Assembly (NCBI RefSeq): GCF_009914755.1 | Contig: NC_060934.1 | Length of the DNA: 64,000 bases | Origin: the human T2T-CHM13v2.0 reference genome, Homo sapiens | Direction: 5' to 3' (one strand) | Part shown: piece after piece, positions 29,755-43,650 of the stretch | Layout of the letters: each line of letters begins with the position of its first letter | Numbering within the stretch: position 1 is the first letter of the stretch | Translations under genes and position numbers: made by a program | Notes under the pieces: generated by a model | Database searches by the model: none | What the model was told of the DNA's origin: nothing | The model's input: the letters and a program-made list of their open reading frames with translations, nothing else

Positions 29755-30150
29755 TGCTAAATCAAGTTTAGCCTAGAGCTGCCTCCTTACATATTTTAAG
29801 TTCAGTCTAAACGTTTCTCTGTAGGTAATGAACTGTAACCTCACTGGACGTGTAAACAGACTGTGACCTACCTACTCTTGTGCCAATCATGGAGTTTCAG
29901 CCAATCACAGGCGGCCGGCTGTTCAAACCATGTTTAAATAAGGCAAACGCAGAGCTGTAAGCAATCTAGGTGTTTCTGCACCTCTCGGCCATTTTCTGTA
30001 AGTCCTTTTTCTGTTCATAAATCTTCTTCCATCACGTGGCTGTGCTGGAGTCTTTGAACCTACCCTGCCTCGGGAGGCTGCCCCAATCAGCAATTTGTTC
30101 TTTGCTCAATTAAACTCTATTAATTTAATTTGCCTAAAAATTTTTTAACA
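29755..30150 (+). mobile_element. MER57 (A1/B1-like) ERV1 solo LTR
   Basis: TGCTAAATCAAGTTTAGCCTAGAGCTGCCTCCTTACATATTTTAAG...TTTGCTCAATTAAACTCT...TTAACA; tandem CCAAT boxes; 4-bp TSD ATAT/ATGT. Confidence 0.92.
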
Positions 30151-30794
30151 ATGTTTACTAGTAAATTTCATTTTTTCTTGCAAAAAAGAAAAAATCCTGA
30201 AAACAGGAGTAGGGAAAGATTGATGGCTAAAATTAAATATGGTTAACTTTAATATTTTAACTTATCACAAGAAAATTGCATTGCTTTGGACTATAAAAGT
30301 GATACATAAATCTTTCACTTCAGTAGCGCCATCACCATCATCAAATATTTAAAAACTTACATATGAAAAGAAATATGGTGGGGAGGGAAGTAGACAGAAA
30401 CAGTTAAGAAACTAGGACATAATAAGACAGCAAAATTCCTGTTGGTTTATTTTTTGCTTGTTTCCTTGCTTAGTATTCTCTGATAGCCAAAGAATAGACG
30501 AAATATTCTAAGAGCCAACGAATAGACAAAATTGGGCAGCTGCTTCTGGAATACAAAGGTACAAATCCTTAGAAAGTTCTTCTGAGCAGATAATCTTCCC
30601 AGAGCCTTGACACAAATGTGATCATTAGAATTTTATTTCTCTGGGTTAAAAGTAACCTCAGGGAAGACAGCACTGTTGAGAGGCATTTACATCACTGAAA
30701 ATTATTTTGGCATAACATTTTAAATATAAAAACCAGCTTGGAAAATGAGAGACGCTGGAAAATGCAAAAGCCTGTGTACATGGGGCCTATGCTT

Positions 30795-30960
30795 TAGGTT
30801 GGAGAGCCAGGACCCCGGGCGAGAGAGAACAAGCTAAATGACCTGAGTTAAGTGACTTGGTCACTGCTGCAAACTTTGCTTCCTCATCCATTAATTGAAG
30901 ATAACAAAAGTAAGAACCTATCGCACAGGATGGCAGGGAGGACTAAATTAGCACGACAAT
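30795..30960 (+). mobile_element. MIR fragment
   Basis: TTTGCTTCCTCATCCATTAATTGAAGATAAC...ACCTATCGCACAGGATGG...GAGGACTAAAT. Confidence 0.55.
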
Positions 30961-31112
30961 GACCATCAGAAAATATGTGCTCATTACACATTAACCATTT
31001 CTCTTCCTCTCGTTCCTCTCCTTTACTTCTTCTACCAGCATCACCTCCATTGCCACTTCACAACCTCACTACCCCATTGCTAATTTTGTCTTAAGGCATG
31101 CTAGAGGTTTAA

Positions 31113-31564
<452 letters not shown>

Positions 31565-34092
31565 TTAGTGTATGTGCTCCCCCAAAGCATCTGAACTAAA
31601 AAACCTGAGTGTTTCTTCTTTTCAGGTCTGAGTTTAAGAGTCAGGTAAATACATCTTGTTAAATATTTCTAAATTATTTTCTCTTGTATGATTTTCCTTT
31701 AGAAATTGAATTCTCTCTTTTCTTTGGGTTTTGCTGAAAGGTTCATCGATCATTCAAATAAATTTCACAAAAATATTAGGAGTAGGTACAATGGCTATAA
31801 TGCATAGTTAACAGAGAGATCATTATGTCTGCCTCTGAGGACCTGGGTGTGGCCTCTGATTTCCCTGGACAGTGTTTTGGGCTTCCAATGAGAAAGTCTC
31901 TCAAAGAAGGACACTCTGCAAGTCACGGCCCTAGGGCCGGCCATCACCTAACGTCTTCAGATAAATTGTTTGTTTATGGATTCAAAAGCAAGACAGTTAA
32001 TGAATGTCATCATTCAGTTTTCAGTTTGAATATTGTATTTTTTATTTATTCAGAACCTAGCATATAATATTTACACAGGATAATATATTTTTTATAAATT
32101 TTATTTATATATTTACTATATACTGATTATGTGCTGTGCTATTTGTGATAGAAGGATCCCAAATGAATGCAATGTTGGCTTTTATCCACAAAACACTATC
32201 ATGATATACACGTAAAATATACATGTGAAAATAACAACATTATAAAATAATAAACCGTATTTAAGAAGCAGAATATTATAAACTTCAGCAGAAGTACAGA
32301 AGTGTATATAATATGTTATTTCTACATTTCATTCCCAGAATATTTCTTAAAATACATTCTATTTTAAAGGTAAGGGAACTAAATATTTAAGTGCAAAAAG
32401 AAATAGAAAACCATTGTAAATATATAGCTAACTCAGGCCAAAAATGTCTGTTTTACTAGTTCTTTTAAATGATAGGTTAGTCACAAGAAATAAGCATCAG
32501 ATGAACTGAATCAGTTTCTCATTATTTTCTATTCGACAGGTTAATTTCAGGTTTATACATAAGATGAGCAACTTACCAAGTGCTTCTAATTCTACTTGAT
32601 AAAATGATACTCCCTAAGCCACCTTGACTGGGTGTGAAAGAGGGCAAATAAAGGCTTAAATACAATATATCTTCCTGATGAGATAACTGCAGACCTATTT
32701 GTGGGAGAAAATTGCTGCACATAAGCATTTGTGTTTGTTTTATATTCACTTTAACTGTGAAGAGGGAAATGAAGTTCGAGCGGAAGCCATGAGACTCTAT
32801 TGTAACAGCTCATGAAAAATTACAGCTCAACATCCAAACATACATCTGTCTGTGTCCCTATGTGAATTAATACAGTATTTTAAGGCCAACAACAAACACA
32901 AATAACCAATTCTAAAGCTATGGGAACTACTTTCTGCTGATAACTGCAAAAACACAGAAATAATAACATAAGTCATGGAAAACTATGTAAGACCCAAAAA
33001 GATAATGGCTAGATTATTTCAACCAAGGCTTGCTTTGGTATTCATAGAAATAAATCTAAAGCATCTGCTCTAATGTATCATTAAACTTTTATCAGATCAT
33101 AGTCAGAATGCATGAGGATTAAAACTCCTTTTAGCTGAATAAAGCATGCTAAGATATACATCGTTCGTGTTAAGGTAGTAATCATCTCTTGGCTAATGAG
33201 CTTCAATGGACTGATAGGCATTAAGCCTGTTTTGAATGCAAGCACTCATATCTTGACAACAAAAGGGGAATATTTTTATCATTTTGGAAATGCAGTACAA
33301 GCATGTAAATAAATATGGGCCATGTTAGCTTTTGTTCGAGTAAGGAATTAAATGTCTTCTGCTTACCATTTAATATGATCTTTGAGTTGTTGTTCAAATG
33401 AGCTAGGTGGCTCTTAAGCAACTTCCCTGTGTGTTTTGTCGTGAATGCCACTTATTATTATACCCATAAGCTTCTTTTTTACCAGGGAGTATCCTCCTGT
33501 CAAATGACCAGCACTTCCCTACTTATTCTTTCCTTTTGTTAAATTTTTAATCAGCTTTTTAAATTCACACTGAAGTATGAAGGGCTACTTCCATCAACGT
33601 GTCATGCCTTCCTGGTGCACGTGGATTTTTTACCAGAAGTGAATGAGAGAAAAGAAGAATTTTTAGATCTCAATTAGAAGAGGTGGCAAAGGTGAAGACA
33701 ATGGGGCTTTCTGTTTCTACCCCATCCCCTGGCCCTTGCCTGGTTGCTACACTTCTCTCAAGTCCAGCTGGACACACACCTGTAGAGAAAGTTACCTACT
33801 CACTTCCCTTTTTGAAAACAGGAAGCCATGAATTTGTCTTTTGTGAAAGCCTGAGTCTCCTTATTGGATATAAATTTTGCCTAGCAGTGATGCCACTCTT
33901 GTATTTTTGTTTATGATTATTGGACTTCAGAGCAGTCTCAGTAATCTTTTTGCCCCCTGGAAACTGAAGAAATACTTTAAATGATGCTTGAAAGAGAGGA
34001 GAAAACATTATGGATTAGATGGGTGAGGATATTGAAAGACAGTACCTTTAAGAATAACTATTGGGATCAATATAGTATTCATTTAACCTCAA

Positions 34093-34408
34093 TTTTCTTT
34101 TTCTTTCTTTTATTTCTTTTTTGTTTTTAAGACAGACTCTCGCTCTGTTCACCAGGCTGGAGTTCAGTGACATGATCATGGCTCACTGCAGGCTCAACTT
34201 CTTGGGCTCAAGTGCTCCTCCCTCCTCAGTCCCCGAGTAGCTAGGACTGCAAGTGCATGCTACCATGACTGGCTAATTTTTGTATTTTCTGTAGAGACGG
34301 GATTCACCATGTTACCCTGGTTGGTCTTGAACTCCTGCGCACAAGCGATCAGCCAGCGTCGACCTCCCAAAGTGCTGGGATTACAGGCATAAGCCAATGA
34401 TCCCGGCG
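34093..34408 (-). mobile_element. AluJ SINE
   Basis: ATGATCATGGCTCACTGCAGGCTCAACTTCTTGGGCTCAAGTG; TSD CCTCAA(T/A)TTTC. Confidence 0.95.
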
Positions 34409-34984
34409 TTGTCCTCAAATTTCAATGAGACATTACTTGATTCCTAAAGGCAGATTACCACCGTGGTACTGAGGGATGAATCATGTTTAGAATGAGTCTC
34501 CCCTCATCTAAAATTATTTTATTGACTGTCTTCCAGGAGCCCCCAAGTTTGCATCACTAAAAGTACCTGGTTGAGGCTCAGCACAGCACTTTGGGAGTCC
34601 TTAATAATGGTTAAATTTATGACATGTAACACAACCATCTTTGACAGTCACTACATGAAGGAGTGATTGAATTGCTTTGTAACCTTAACAGATGGCTGAA
34701 AGGAGGGTCTGGGTGACTTTGAAGGAGTATGGGCCAGTACTGAAAAGGGGCAAAAAAAGGGACACAAATCAGATCAAACGTCACCAAGTGGCTACATGAG
34801 AGTACTACCTACTTGGTTGAGGGGCTTTCAAGAAGAGAAGAGAGGGCTGACTTAATGACTACTCTGTCTCCAGGACTCTTCTACCTGGATCATTGCAAAA
34901 AAGAAAAAATTGGGCTACCATAGCCCCACTCCCATTCAGACAATAGTTTGTTTTACAATAGAGATTGCATCTTAATCCATCTTC

Positions 34985-35070
34985 AAGCATGAGCACTTAC
35001 CATACCATGTGACTCATGCCAGTGACACAATCAGTGTTTGTTGAGTGAATGAATGAATACATGAATACAA
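34985..35070 (+). mobile_element. L2 3' tail
   Basis: TGTTTGTTGAGTGAATGAATGAATACATGAAT. Confidence 0.55.
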
Positions 35071-35777
35071 TAATATAATTTTACTTGAAGGAGTCTCTGG
35101 CATTCCATTTAGACATTCTAATTTCTTTTAATGTAAACAATAGCATCAGTAGAAATGCTAGGTATTCTTTATAGTTCTATTTAAAAAGAATGGAAAAATA
35201 CCAGCAGGGATTGGGAGACAAAGCCAGCTGTGACTCTTTGTAGCAAGAGGAAAACATTTTATAGGTATCTCTATCAAGTGATCTTTCATTGGAAGAATAA
35301 CCTCTGATGGTCAAGGCAACTGGAAGGAAGGGCCAAAAATGCAAAGCATTCAAGGAGATTTAGTAAGCCTCAGGGACACCAGAGCAGCCCTGAAGAGCAG
35401 GGGCAGCATTAGCAAACAGCCCCTGTTTTGATATAAGTAATAGATCAATCCAATTTCCAAGTCATCTCCATGTAGTTAACAACAACAATAACAACAATCT
35501 GTGTCTAGATGACTTCATGTTCTTTCTGGGGCATGCCAGTATTCAGTGCAGCATCGCTGAGAACAACATACACAACACAATAAATCGATTGAAGTATCCA
35601 GAGGGTTGGATTTGGTGAGCTTTTCACAGATTAAGTGTCTCTCCATGAAAGAGACACTTGCAAGTGACAATAGCAGCATTTGCGCAGTTTTCTGGTTTCT
35701 GATCTGGAATGTTTCAATGCTTTGGAAATATCACACACCCCAAAATGGACTGTTTTGTGATTCCTACTAGCTTGTAA

Positions 35778-36240
35778 TGCATTCATTTAACAGGTACTTT
35801 CAAGACCCCAGTAGGTGCCAGTCAATATTTTAGGTTTTAGGGAAAGAGCAATGGAAAACAGAATACCTAACTTCCATGGCTTCATGGTATGTGTGTGGGG
35901 GCAGATGGTGGGGACAGAGAGGAGTAGATATATAAACATCAGATTAAAAAGTAGAAGTCATGATTCAATATATGCAATGAAGAAAAATAAAGTGAGGCCA
36001 GTGATTGATGAGGAAAACAGCTGTGCCCTTGGCTATTTTTAAGATGGACGTAAAACAAGTCTTAACTGCAGAGGTGACGTTTTAGCCAAAGTGAAGGAAA
36101 TGAGGAAATGAGAACAGATGATATCTTGGGGAAGAGTGTTCTAGGTGGAGGAAACTGCAAGCACAAAGGCTCTGAGGCTGGACTACTTTGGAAGTGTTGG
36201 AAGGAGGGTCTGAGGGCAGGGCCTTGTGAGCCACGGCAAG
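35778..36240 (-). mobile_element. L2 (L2a/b-like) fragment
   Basis: CATTCATTTAACAGGTACTT...GTAGGTGCCAG...GAGGTGACGTTT...GGGAAGAGTGTTCTAGG...GCAAGCACAAAGGCTCTGAGG. Confidence 0.8.
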
Positions 36241-36904
36241 GCTGCCCTGTAGTTCCTACAATAACTCCTCTTAGGGAGTTTGATGAATTTTGCTGGACAC
36301 ATGTCTATCTAGTAAACATTGCAATTCACTTTCCTGTCCCTGCAAAGTTTTATGAACTAGGACCCTGTGGCCTCTCTTTGCTCACTCAGCCTTCTTTCTT
36401 TAACTGAATAATCAAGCTGTGTAGTTGTGTAGGGTCATAGGAAGAGTACAAAGGGTCATCAGATGAAAACCGATTTGTTGCACACAACTGAAAACCAACC
36501 ATGATTATTCCAATTCACTTTCCTGAAACAAGCTGTTTTGGAAACAACCCAAAAGTGAGCTCTAGAAATGTAAATTCCTATGGGGAATGATGTTGCAGAG
36601 TCAGCAGTGACATGAGAGGACACTTCAGGGGCATTTACCTTTAAATCAGCCCCACACATTCCGCAGAGCCTAATTTATGTCTGACCTCCTACATGCGTTA
36701 ATTTAAACATTACTCACAACTCTGAGATCATACAACATTAATTGCATCTTTTATTTTGTATTTATAAATTACATATAGCTTTACACTAGCTTGTAATTAT
36801 ACTATAGAAGCTACGTGTAGGATAGCTTGTGTGTACTGACTGCAGAAGCACTTGGAAGGACATTTACAGATGTTGACACGGGACTGGGGCTGTTACTGTA
36901 TCTT

Positions 36905-37025
36905 CTTATCTAGTTCATAAATTCCATGACAGCAAGGCTTCTTTCTATGCTTCTCTGTATCTGCTAGGTGGATGAGCACAGGGTCTTTCACAGAATAGAT
37001 TAAAATAGCTGTTGATTGATTGATA
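36905..37025 (+). mobile_element. L2 3' fragment
   Basis: TAAATTCCATGACAGCAAGG...CTCTGTATC...GCACAGGGTCT...TGTTGATTGATTGA. Confidence 0.55.
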
Positions 37026-39045
37026 GATAAAAGTAGAAAAAAATTATAAATACATGTAGGAATGGAATGATGTGTAACTTACTGCTTTTGCTGATAACTT
37101 AGAGCAGGAATCTGAGCTCTGATCTCCAACTCAGTATTTGGTTACCAACAACATAGGTTTTCTTCATTAGGTTTAGTTAGGTGAATTTCCCAGGCTGTGG
37201 AAAGATTGAATCACGTATTAAAGTTGAGAAGGAACAAAGACCGTAGTGTGTGGTTGCTTTGCATCCTCCCACCTGAACTACGTGCTCATCACAGTGGAAT
37301 TTCATTGCAACTTCTCTCAGTCTGGTGAGCATTGTGTCTGGTATTGAAACTCAGATACATGATAAATCGCTTCAAGTTATTTTTAGTTTTATTCTTGGGT
37401 AATGATTGGTAGGGAATTATCAAAGTTTTTACTCTGAAAGTTGTGAGAGATTTAGATAGGATAAGCCAAGACCTCAGGTATATGTCTTTACACATGAACT
37501 TGAAATATGCTAAAATAAAGAAAACAATTTTACAGTTTATCTGGAGCTTATGCAGAGAGGGAAAACTTAGGGAGAAATATTTATATATTTTGGGTTTTAC
37601 CCTAGGCAGGGAATAGAAAAATTCAGTAAACCACATTAATTTGACATAAATATGCAGTACCAACATTTATGACATAGTTGGTTTAGAGAGCACATAGTAT
37701 ATATAGTGCACAGTTTATATAGTATGTAACTGCTAGTTATTCAGAAACAGTATAATATTTTCTGCTGAAAGAAAATGATTACAGAAAAAAAAGATTGCTG
37801 AGCCTCCCAGTAGGTAGTGCACAAGATAGATGTCATTCAAAGTGATGTGCTTTCCAACAGCATGAGAGTTCTCAATAAACATATGTACACAATTTTGAAA
37901 TTAGATTTCTTCCCCAAAATGTCCAAATCATATGTTAAACAAGAGACAAATGGAGATGTGAAAAACCTCACATGCTTTTGATTAGGACAAGATGCAGTCA
38001 GGCTGGCTGCTAGTTCTTTCCACTTGGATCCTTAATGTTGTAGGTAATTCTCCCCACCCGGCCACTGCAGCAGGAATCCAGTGCCTGTCAACTGCCGGAC
38101 TGGCTGGTTTCCTGTGGAATCACAGGACCTGCTGAATCTTGAAGGCATCACGACTTTGCTGTCTACTACTGAGTTCTCCAAAGAGTACAAGTGGGTTTGG
38201 ATATATCACATATTTACACCTTTTGCCATATATACATATACAAAGTTATTTATATATGTGTCCATGTGTTTATGCTCACACACATTTGTACTGTTGAGTA
38301 TAAATACTCTAAAAATTTTCAAAGTTGTGACAATAAGATCAGGTGATGCTTGGGGTTGCTATAATTTTTATTAGACATCTGGAAGGTACGTCCTGCAATA
38401 GAAGTTTCTGCAATAAGGTGCTGACATTTACCTCAAAGTGCTGTTTATTTACTTCTTCATTTGGGACCTGGTATTGAAAGGGTCAGGGATGGCTCAGGGA
38501 AAAGGTCCAGTTATTTGAAATTCTTCTGGTTTATTTCGTTGGTGTTTGTTCAGCGTTTCAGTTTAATGAAGTTGTCCTTCCAACTCATTCCTTGAGCTCA
38601 GTGACTCCAGGCTTTTTTAGAAAGATTACAAGGCCAAATGCATATTGTATTATATGTCTCTGTCAATCCACAAGGCCTGTGGATCAGAAACGGGGAAGAT
38701 AGAAGGCATATGGAAAATTGAATGTTTCCTCTAACTGTGTATGTGGATCTTCAATACACATCGGTGGGTCCATGTGGATGATACATATTTGTGTCTTACT
38801 ATAAGCAGCTGGAAGGGATTAGAGTTTGTGATAAGGATCTGGTTGAATGCTTTCTTCTATTCTGAGAGATGTTTCTGTAAGTGTGTAAATACTGCTAGAA
38901 AGTAATTTAGAGAGAAAAGTAATCTATTCAATGGCAAGGGCCGTTAATTTTAAGTTCTAGATGCAAATGTTATAATTGCTTTATCTTTCATGGCATTAAA
39001 TAAATGAATCACCATGTGGATTGATCTATCTCTCTCATTTACATG

Positions 39046-39112
39046 CATACACACACACACACATACACACACACACACATACACACATACACACACACAC
39101 ACACACACACAT
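39046..39112 (+). repeat. Imperfect (CA)n microsatellite
   Basis: About 33 CA/TA units abutting the downstream LTR. Confidence 0.95.
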
Positions 39113-39113
39113 A

Positions 39114-39531
39114 TGCAGGAATTTCTCCCTCCTTTCTCACTTATAGGTCTCAAGAATAACTGTAGAATGTGCTGGGAATACAACATCCCTGGCTGGCAGC
39201 AATAGCCTGGGCTCTGTTCTAGTTCCCCCTTAAAACAGGAAATCTTTCAGCACTGTAGCTGAGATAATCACATGACCCTAGAGTATAAAACCTAAGACAA
39301 AGCTGCTTTCAGCAGTAGTGAGAGTGGGGTAGTTTCAGATGAGACTCTTATCTCCCTCGGCAGCTTTCTTGAGCCTTGGAAGACTGGCTTACTGTAAATC
39401 CTAGGCCTCTGTTGTCCCTTGCTGCCTATCTGTGAGTGAAACCTACTTCATGCAACATGCTGTGTGTGAGTGTGTTCTGTCTTATGGGACTCAGATAAGT
39501 GGGTAAGCAGGCACCGTGAACCTGCTACACA
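39114..39531 (+). mobile_element. ERVL solo LTR (LTR40-like, tentative)
   Basis: GGTCTCAAGAATAACTGTAGAATGTGCTGGGAAT...GTATAAAACC (TATA)...CTGTTGTCCCTTGCTGCCTATCTGT...GTGAACCTGCTACACA. Confidence 0.8.
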
Positions 39532-41449
39532 ATATGCAATACATATAATGCACACACTCATGTAGATGTAAGCTTGGGCTGAGGTGAATACTGGAGATAC
39601 AAGGAAGCATCCCATAGAAAAACCTAAGTATAAATCAAATAGATAAATAAAGCAAATAACTTTCTCCTTAACATGTCCCATATATATTATCTTCAAAAAT
39701 TTTTGCAAGGTTTCAGAAGGAGCAACCAGAAGGAAGTACTCTCTTCTTGCGGGGGTCACTGCTTGCAACACAACTGTGGAAAGTCAAATAATCTTCCAGG
39801 TACCTCGGTTTTCTCATCTATAACATGAGATACTTAAAATAGAGTATTTGTAAAAATCATTTCACCTTTAAAGTTTCATAATCTGTTTTATCCTGCACAG
39901 CATTCCTCCTCTTTATTCTTTCAGGGGGATATTAGCCTTCCTTGCCTTCCTGCTGAGAACTCTTCTTGCCTGGTCTAGTGCATCTCAATGTCACTGAACA
40001 CAGGGTGGACATGGCACAGACTGGCAATGAGTTTTTCTTTTCCTGGTCTGGACACAAAAGCATGACTTTAGAAAACAATATATCTGAGGTTTAATATGGG
40101 CGCTGCAAAACAGAGCATAAGCCTCCTCTGAGAACGTGAGTGCAAAGGTTAGGGGAGTGTGGAGCTTCAGGGGATGTCTGCTGTGATGTGGGGAACGGTC
40201 TGCAGGATAAAGCGTCAAAAGCACTGGACCCGACACGGTCTTACAGGCTCTGCCTGGGCCACCAGACTGACTAGGCTGGGAGTACCCAGCCCAGGACCCT
40301 CACTGACTTGAGCCAATCTGTTTCTATTTTTGTTCCATTTTGTTTGAATGACTCTGTGACTTGAATTTGAAACACAGTGAGAAAGAATTTGATGTTCTCT
40401 TTTGGTTCCTGTTACTAAAAGAAATTTTGTGAATTTTATAATGTCTTTAGGTTAGAAGAAAAATACAAGTTGGTTGATTTCAATATTTACCTCGTGGAAG
40501 TTTATTTGAAAACTACCACATTTTATGGTAAATGTAGTCTCAACAATAAAAATAAAAGAAAGGTTGAGGAATTAATACTTATTTGATATATTAAATAAAA
40601 TAGTGAATATTCTTTATCTCTAAATATTCTACAACTTCCAAGAAAGTCTATGTTTTTACATTTAAGTTGTCCAAATAGATCAAGCAATATGTTATCCTTT
40701 GGATTCTCTATTACTAATCTAAAGTTTAGAGAATAGTTTGGTGCTTTAGGAAAAAGTTGGTATTTTCATGACACCATTATTATTAGAGTAGAAAATATGA
40801 AATATAGAAGAAAACATTTATGATAATTAGAGCTCAACTGAACATAGTCACATGCCTGACAGTTGGCCTGATTTTCCCACCACTAGGATTTTTTTGGAGT
40901 GGGGGTGGAATGCACACCTCTCCTAGAATTCAGATTTGAGACGCAAAGGGAAGAAAAATGAGGCAGGAAGACATCTCACTATTTTAGGGATTTAAAATGA
41001 ATTTTACCTTTTTTCATGATGTCAGAAGCAAGTTGATACTTTATACATATTTTCTCCTTTCTCACTGATTATTCCTATGTAAGGATACGTCTTAAAGCTG
41101 TAATGAAATGTATATTACAGGGATATGAATGAGAGTGATTAGATTATATGTAGAATGAATATCAAAAATCAATTCTTTTCTGAAGCACTCCATTGCCTGA
41201 GTTCTTCTATTTCAGCTTAATCGGCCATAGTGGGTTTATCCTGTAGCAGGAAAGAATTCATTCTCCTTTTTTTAATCTTGGATTAAATCTATTTTCTGCA
41301 AGACAGCCTATATCAGGTTAGATGGCCCTGAAATAAATTATTCCCACAGGTAAAATTAATAGACACTAGAAGAAAAAGAATAATTTTACTATAATTTTGG
41401 GGAAATGACCACTATTGTTACTATTGAAGGAAAGGTGATGCAGGATTGA

Positions 41450-41607
41450 GATACACATGCACACATACATGCATGCATGTACATACATGATCACAGGTAC
41501 ATATGCACACAAACATGTACACACATATGCACACACATATATTCACATATACGCACATATGCTCACACACTCAAACTGACTCAGGCACACACACACATAC
41601 ACACACG
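41450..41607 (+). repeat. (CA/TA)-rich low-complexity tract
   Basis: Degenerate ACACATATGC-type units. Confidence 0.85.
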
Positions 41608-42525
41608 AATATTTCTTTAACTCCTTGAGTCCCTTAAATATTAATATCATAACTATAAGAATATTTTAATATTTACCTGGCATTTTGCTTGGTAAATTCC
41701 CATTATAAAATAAAAATTTACAAATAAAATGTGAAACAAATTCTGTGATTTTACATTTGTATATAAATATGATCCACAAAAAGATCAGAGATTATAGAGG
41801 ACCATGCTTTTAGAAGATAAAGAAAGATGGGAATCAAAGTATTTTGAAGCTACCAAAGACACGGAGGGAGTGAAATTACCTAGACACATTTTTTAATATG
41901 TATTCTGAATCACCAAGATATTTACCAGCTGAAAGTCACCAAGTCAGCCCAGCCCACACCGAAGGCAGCAGAAACACGTGGTGAGCAGAACCTAAGCCAA
42001 GCTACTAAATTCTGAGTGGTTTCTTATATAGCAACAGATAAATGGAACATATGGAAAAGCAAATTTTAACAATCAAGCAGGTGTGAACTTCGTCATTCAG
42101 AATAGATGGGGTGACATCTGCCAGCCCAAGGGGAATCTCCAACACCTGCCCACTGCCAGTGTTTTCATTTGTGGCTCCTGGGGCTTTTGGAGTCCCAAAA
42201 GAGGCAGGACTAGTATCTTTTCTCCTTAACGCTTTCAGACTTTCCTCTAGGAGCACCAGGTAACGTGTGCAAAACAAAACAAATCAAAACAAACAAACAA
42301 AAAAATCAAAGCTGTTATCTTAGCTATATCACTGTTAATCTTTCTAAAGGGAGAAAAACTAAACAACAAACCGTTCAGTAAAACAAATAACATGCTCCGG
42401 CCTATGTCTGTGTTAAAGGAGGGCTAGAAGGAGAAGCTAGGGAGTTGTTCAGCATTCCTAACAGATGAGTAGGTTTTGGGGAAATGGACTTGCCACTGCA
42501 TAGCTCTCTTTATCCACAATTTAGC

Positions 42526-42895
42526 GAAGGGAAGGGAAGGGGAAGGGGAAGGAGAAGGGGAAGGGGAAGGGAGAAGGGAGAAGGATGGAGGGTGGGGGGA
42601 AGGAAGGACAAGGGAGGAAAGAAGGAAGGAAGGAAGGAAGGAAGGAAGGAAGGAAGGAAGGAAGGAAGGAAGGAAGGAAGGAAGGGAGGTGAAGGGAAGG
42701 AAGGAAGGAAGGAAGGAAGGAAGGAAGGAAGGAAGGAAGGAAGGAAGGGAGGTAGGTGAAGGGAAGGAAGGAAGGAAGGAAGGAAGGAAGGAAGGAAGGA
42801 AGGTAGGTGAAGGGAAGGAAGGAAGGAAGGAAGGAAGGGAGGTAGGTGAAGGGAAGGAAGGGAGGGAGGGAGGGAGGTGAAGGAAGGAAGGAAGG
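42526..42895 (+). repeat. Compound polypurine (GGAA)n microsatellite
   Basis: Consecutive GGAA runs of 15, 13, 10, 6 and 2 separated by GG(GAGG)T(AGGT)GAAG spacers; (GAAGGG)n lead-in. Confidence 0.98.
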
Positions 42896-43052
42896 CATGC
42901 AGGCAGTATAAATGGCTATATAAAGTTTATGTGTATGACTATGTTTGGATGACAGAAACACCAATGTGAGTAAGGACTTAGACATTGTCAGAGTAGAGTT
43001 TCATAAATTATTGCAATCATGACCGTGATATACATATAATATAGATGTATAT

Positions 43053-43272
43053 ACAGGCAATTTTCTGTAAATAGCCAGATAGCAAACATTTTAGGCTTTA
43101 CAGAGCATACGGTCTCTGTCACAGCTACTCAACCAGGCCATTCTAGAGCATGAGTTGCCATAGATAGCAGACACATGAGTAGGTATGGCTATGTTTCAAT
43201 AACACTTTATTTACAAACACAGAGAGTGGGCAGAATCTATCCCTCGGGCCATAATTGGCAGATTCCTTTTCT
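43053..43272 (+). mobile_element. MER58A hAT-Charlie element
   Basis: TTTTCTGTAAATAGCCAGATAGCAAACATTTTAGGCTTT...GGTCTCTGTCACAGCTACTCAAC...CAATAACACTTTATTTACAAA. Confidence 0.9.
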
Positions 43273-43650
43273 AGTTAACTACGTCGGTACAGTGTATAAT
43301 GACCACGATGCACGCTTTGTTAATTGGCATTCACACATGATACTCCTCAGCAGACAACTTCCAATTAAATAAAACAGCAAAATCATGCATTTTGTTTAAT
43401 ATTATGCAATTGTTTTACATACAACCATGTACCTCTTAACGCTCTTCAAAAAATGGGCCACAAAATCCTTTTAGGTGAAAGTTCATTCATCTAGCTGAGT
43501 CCTCTCAGTCCTCCATTGATATCCTGTAACTTAAATACAGAGATATAAAGTTAATTATTATTAATATATTTTATTTTAAATTGTATAAAAATGAAAGAAA
43601 GGAATAAAAGGAAAGAGTTGGTTAATATATACACAAATCAACATAAGGAA

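Noticed and set aside
38665-38685. Near-palindrome ATCCACAAGGCCTGTGGAT
   Set aside because: A 7-bp stem is expected by chance in 64 kb and has no supporting context
42476-42985. ORFs of 134, 91 and 154 aa
   Set aside because: Translations of the GGAA microsatellite (RKEG/PSFL repeats), stop-free only because of base composition
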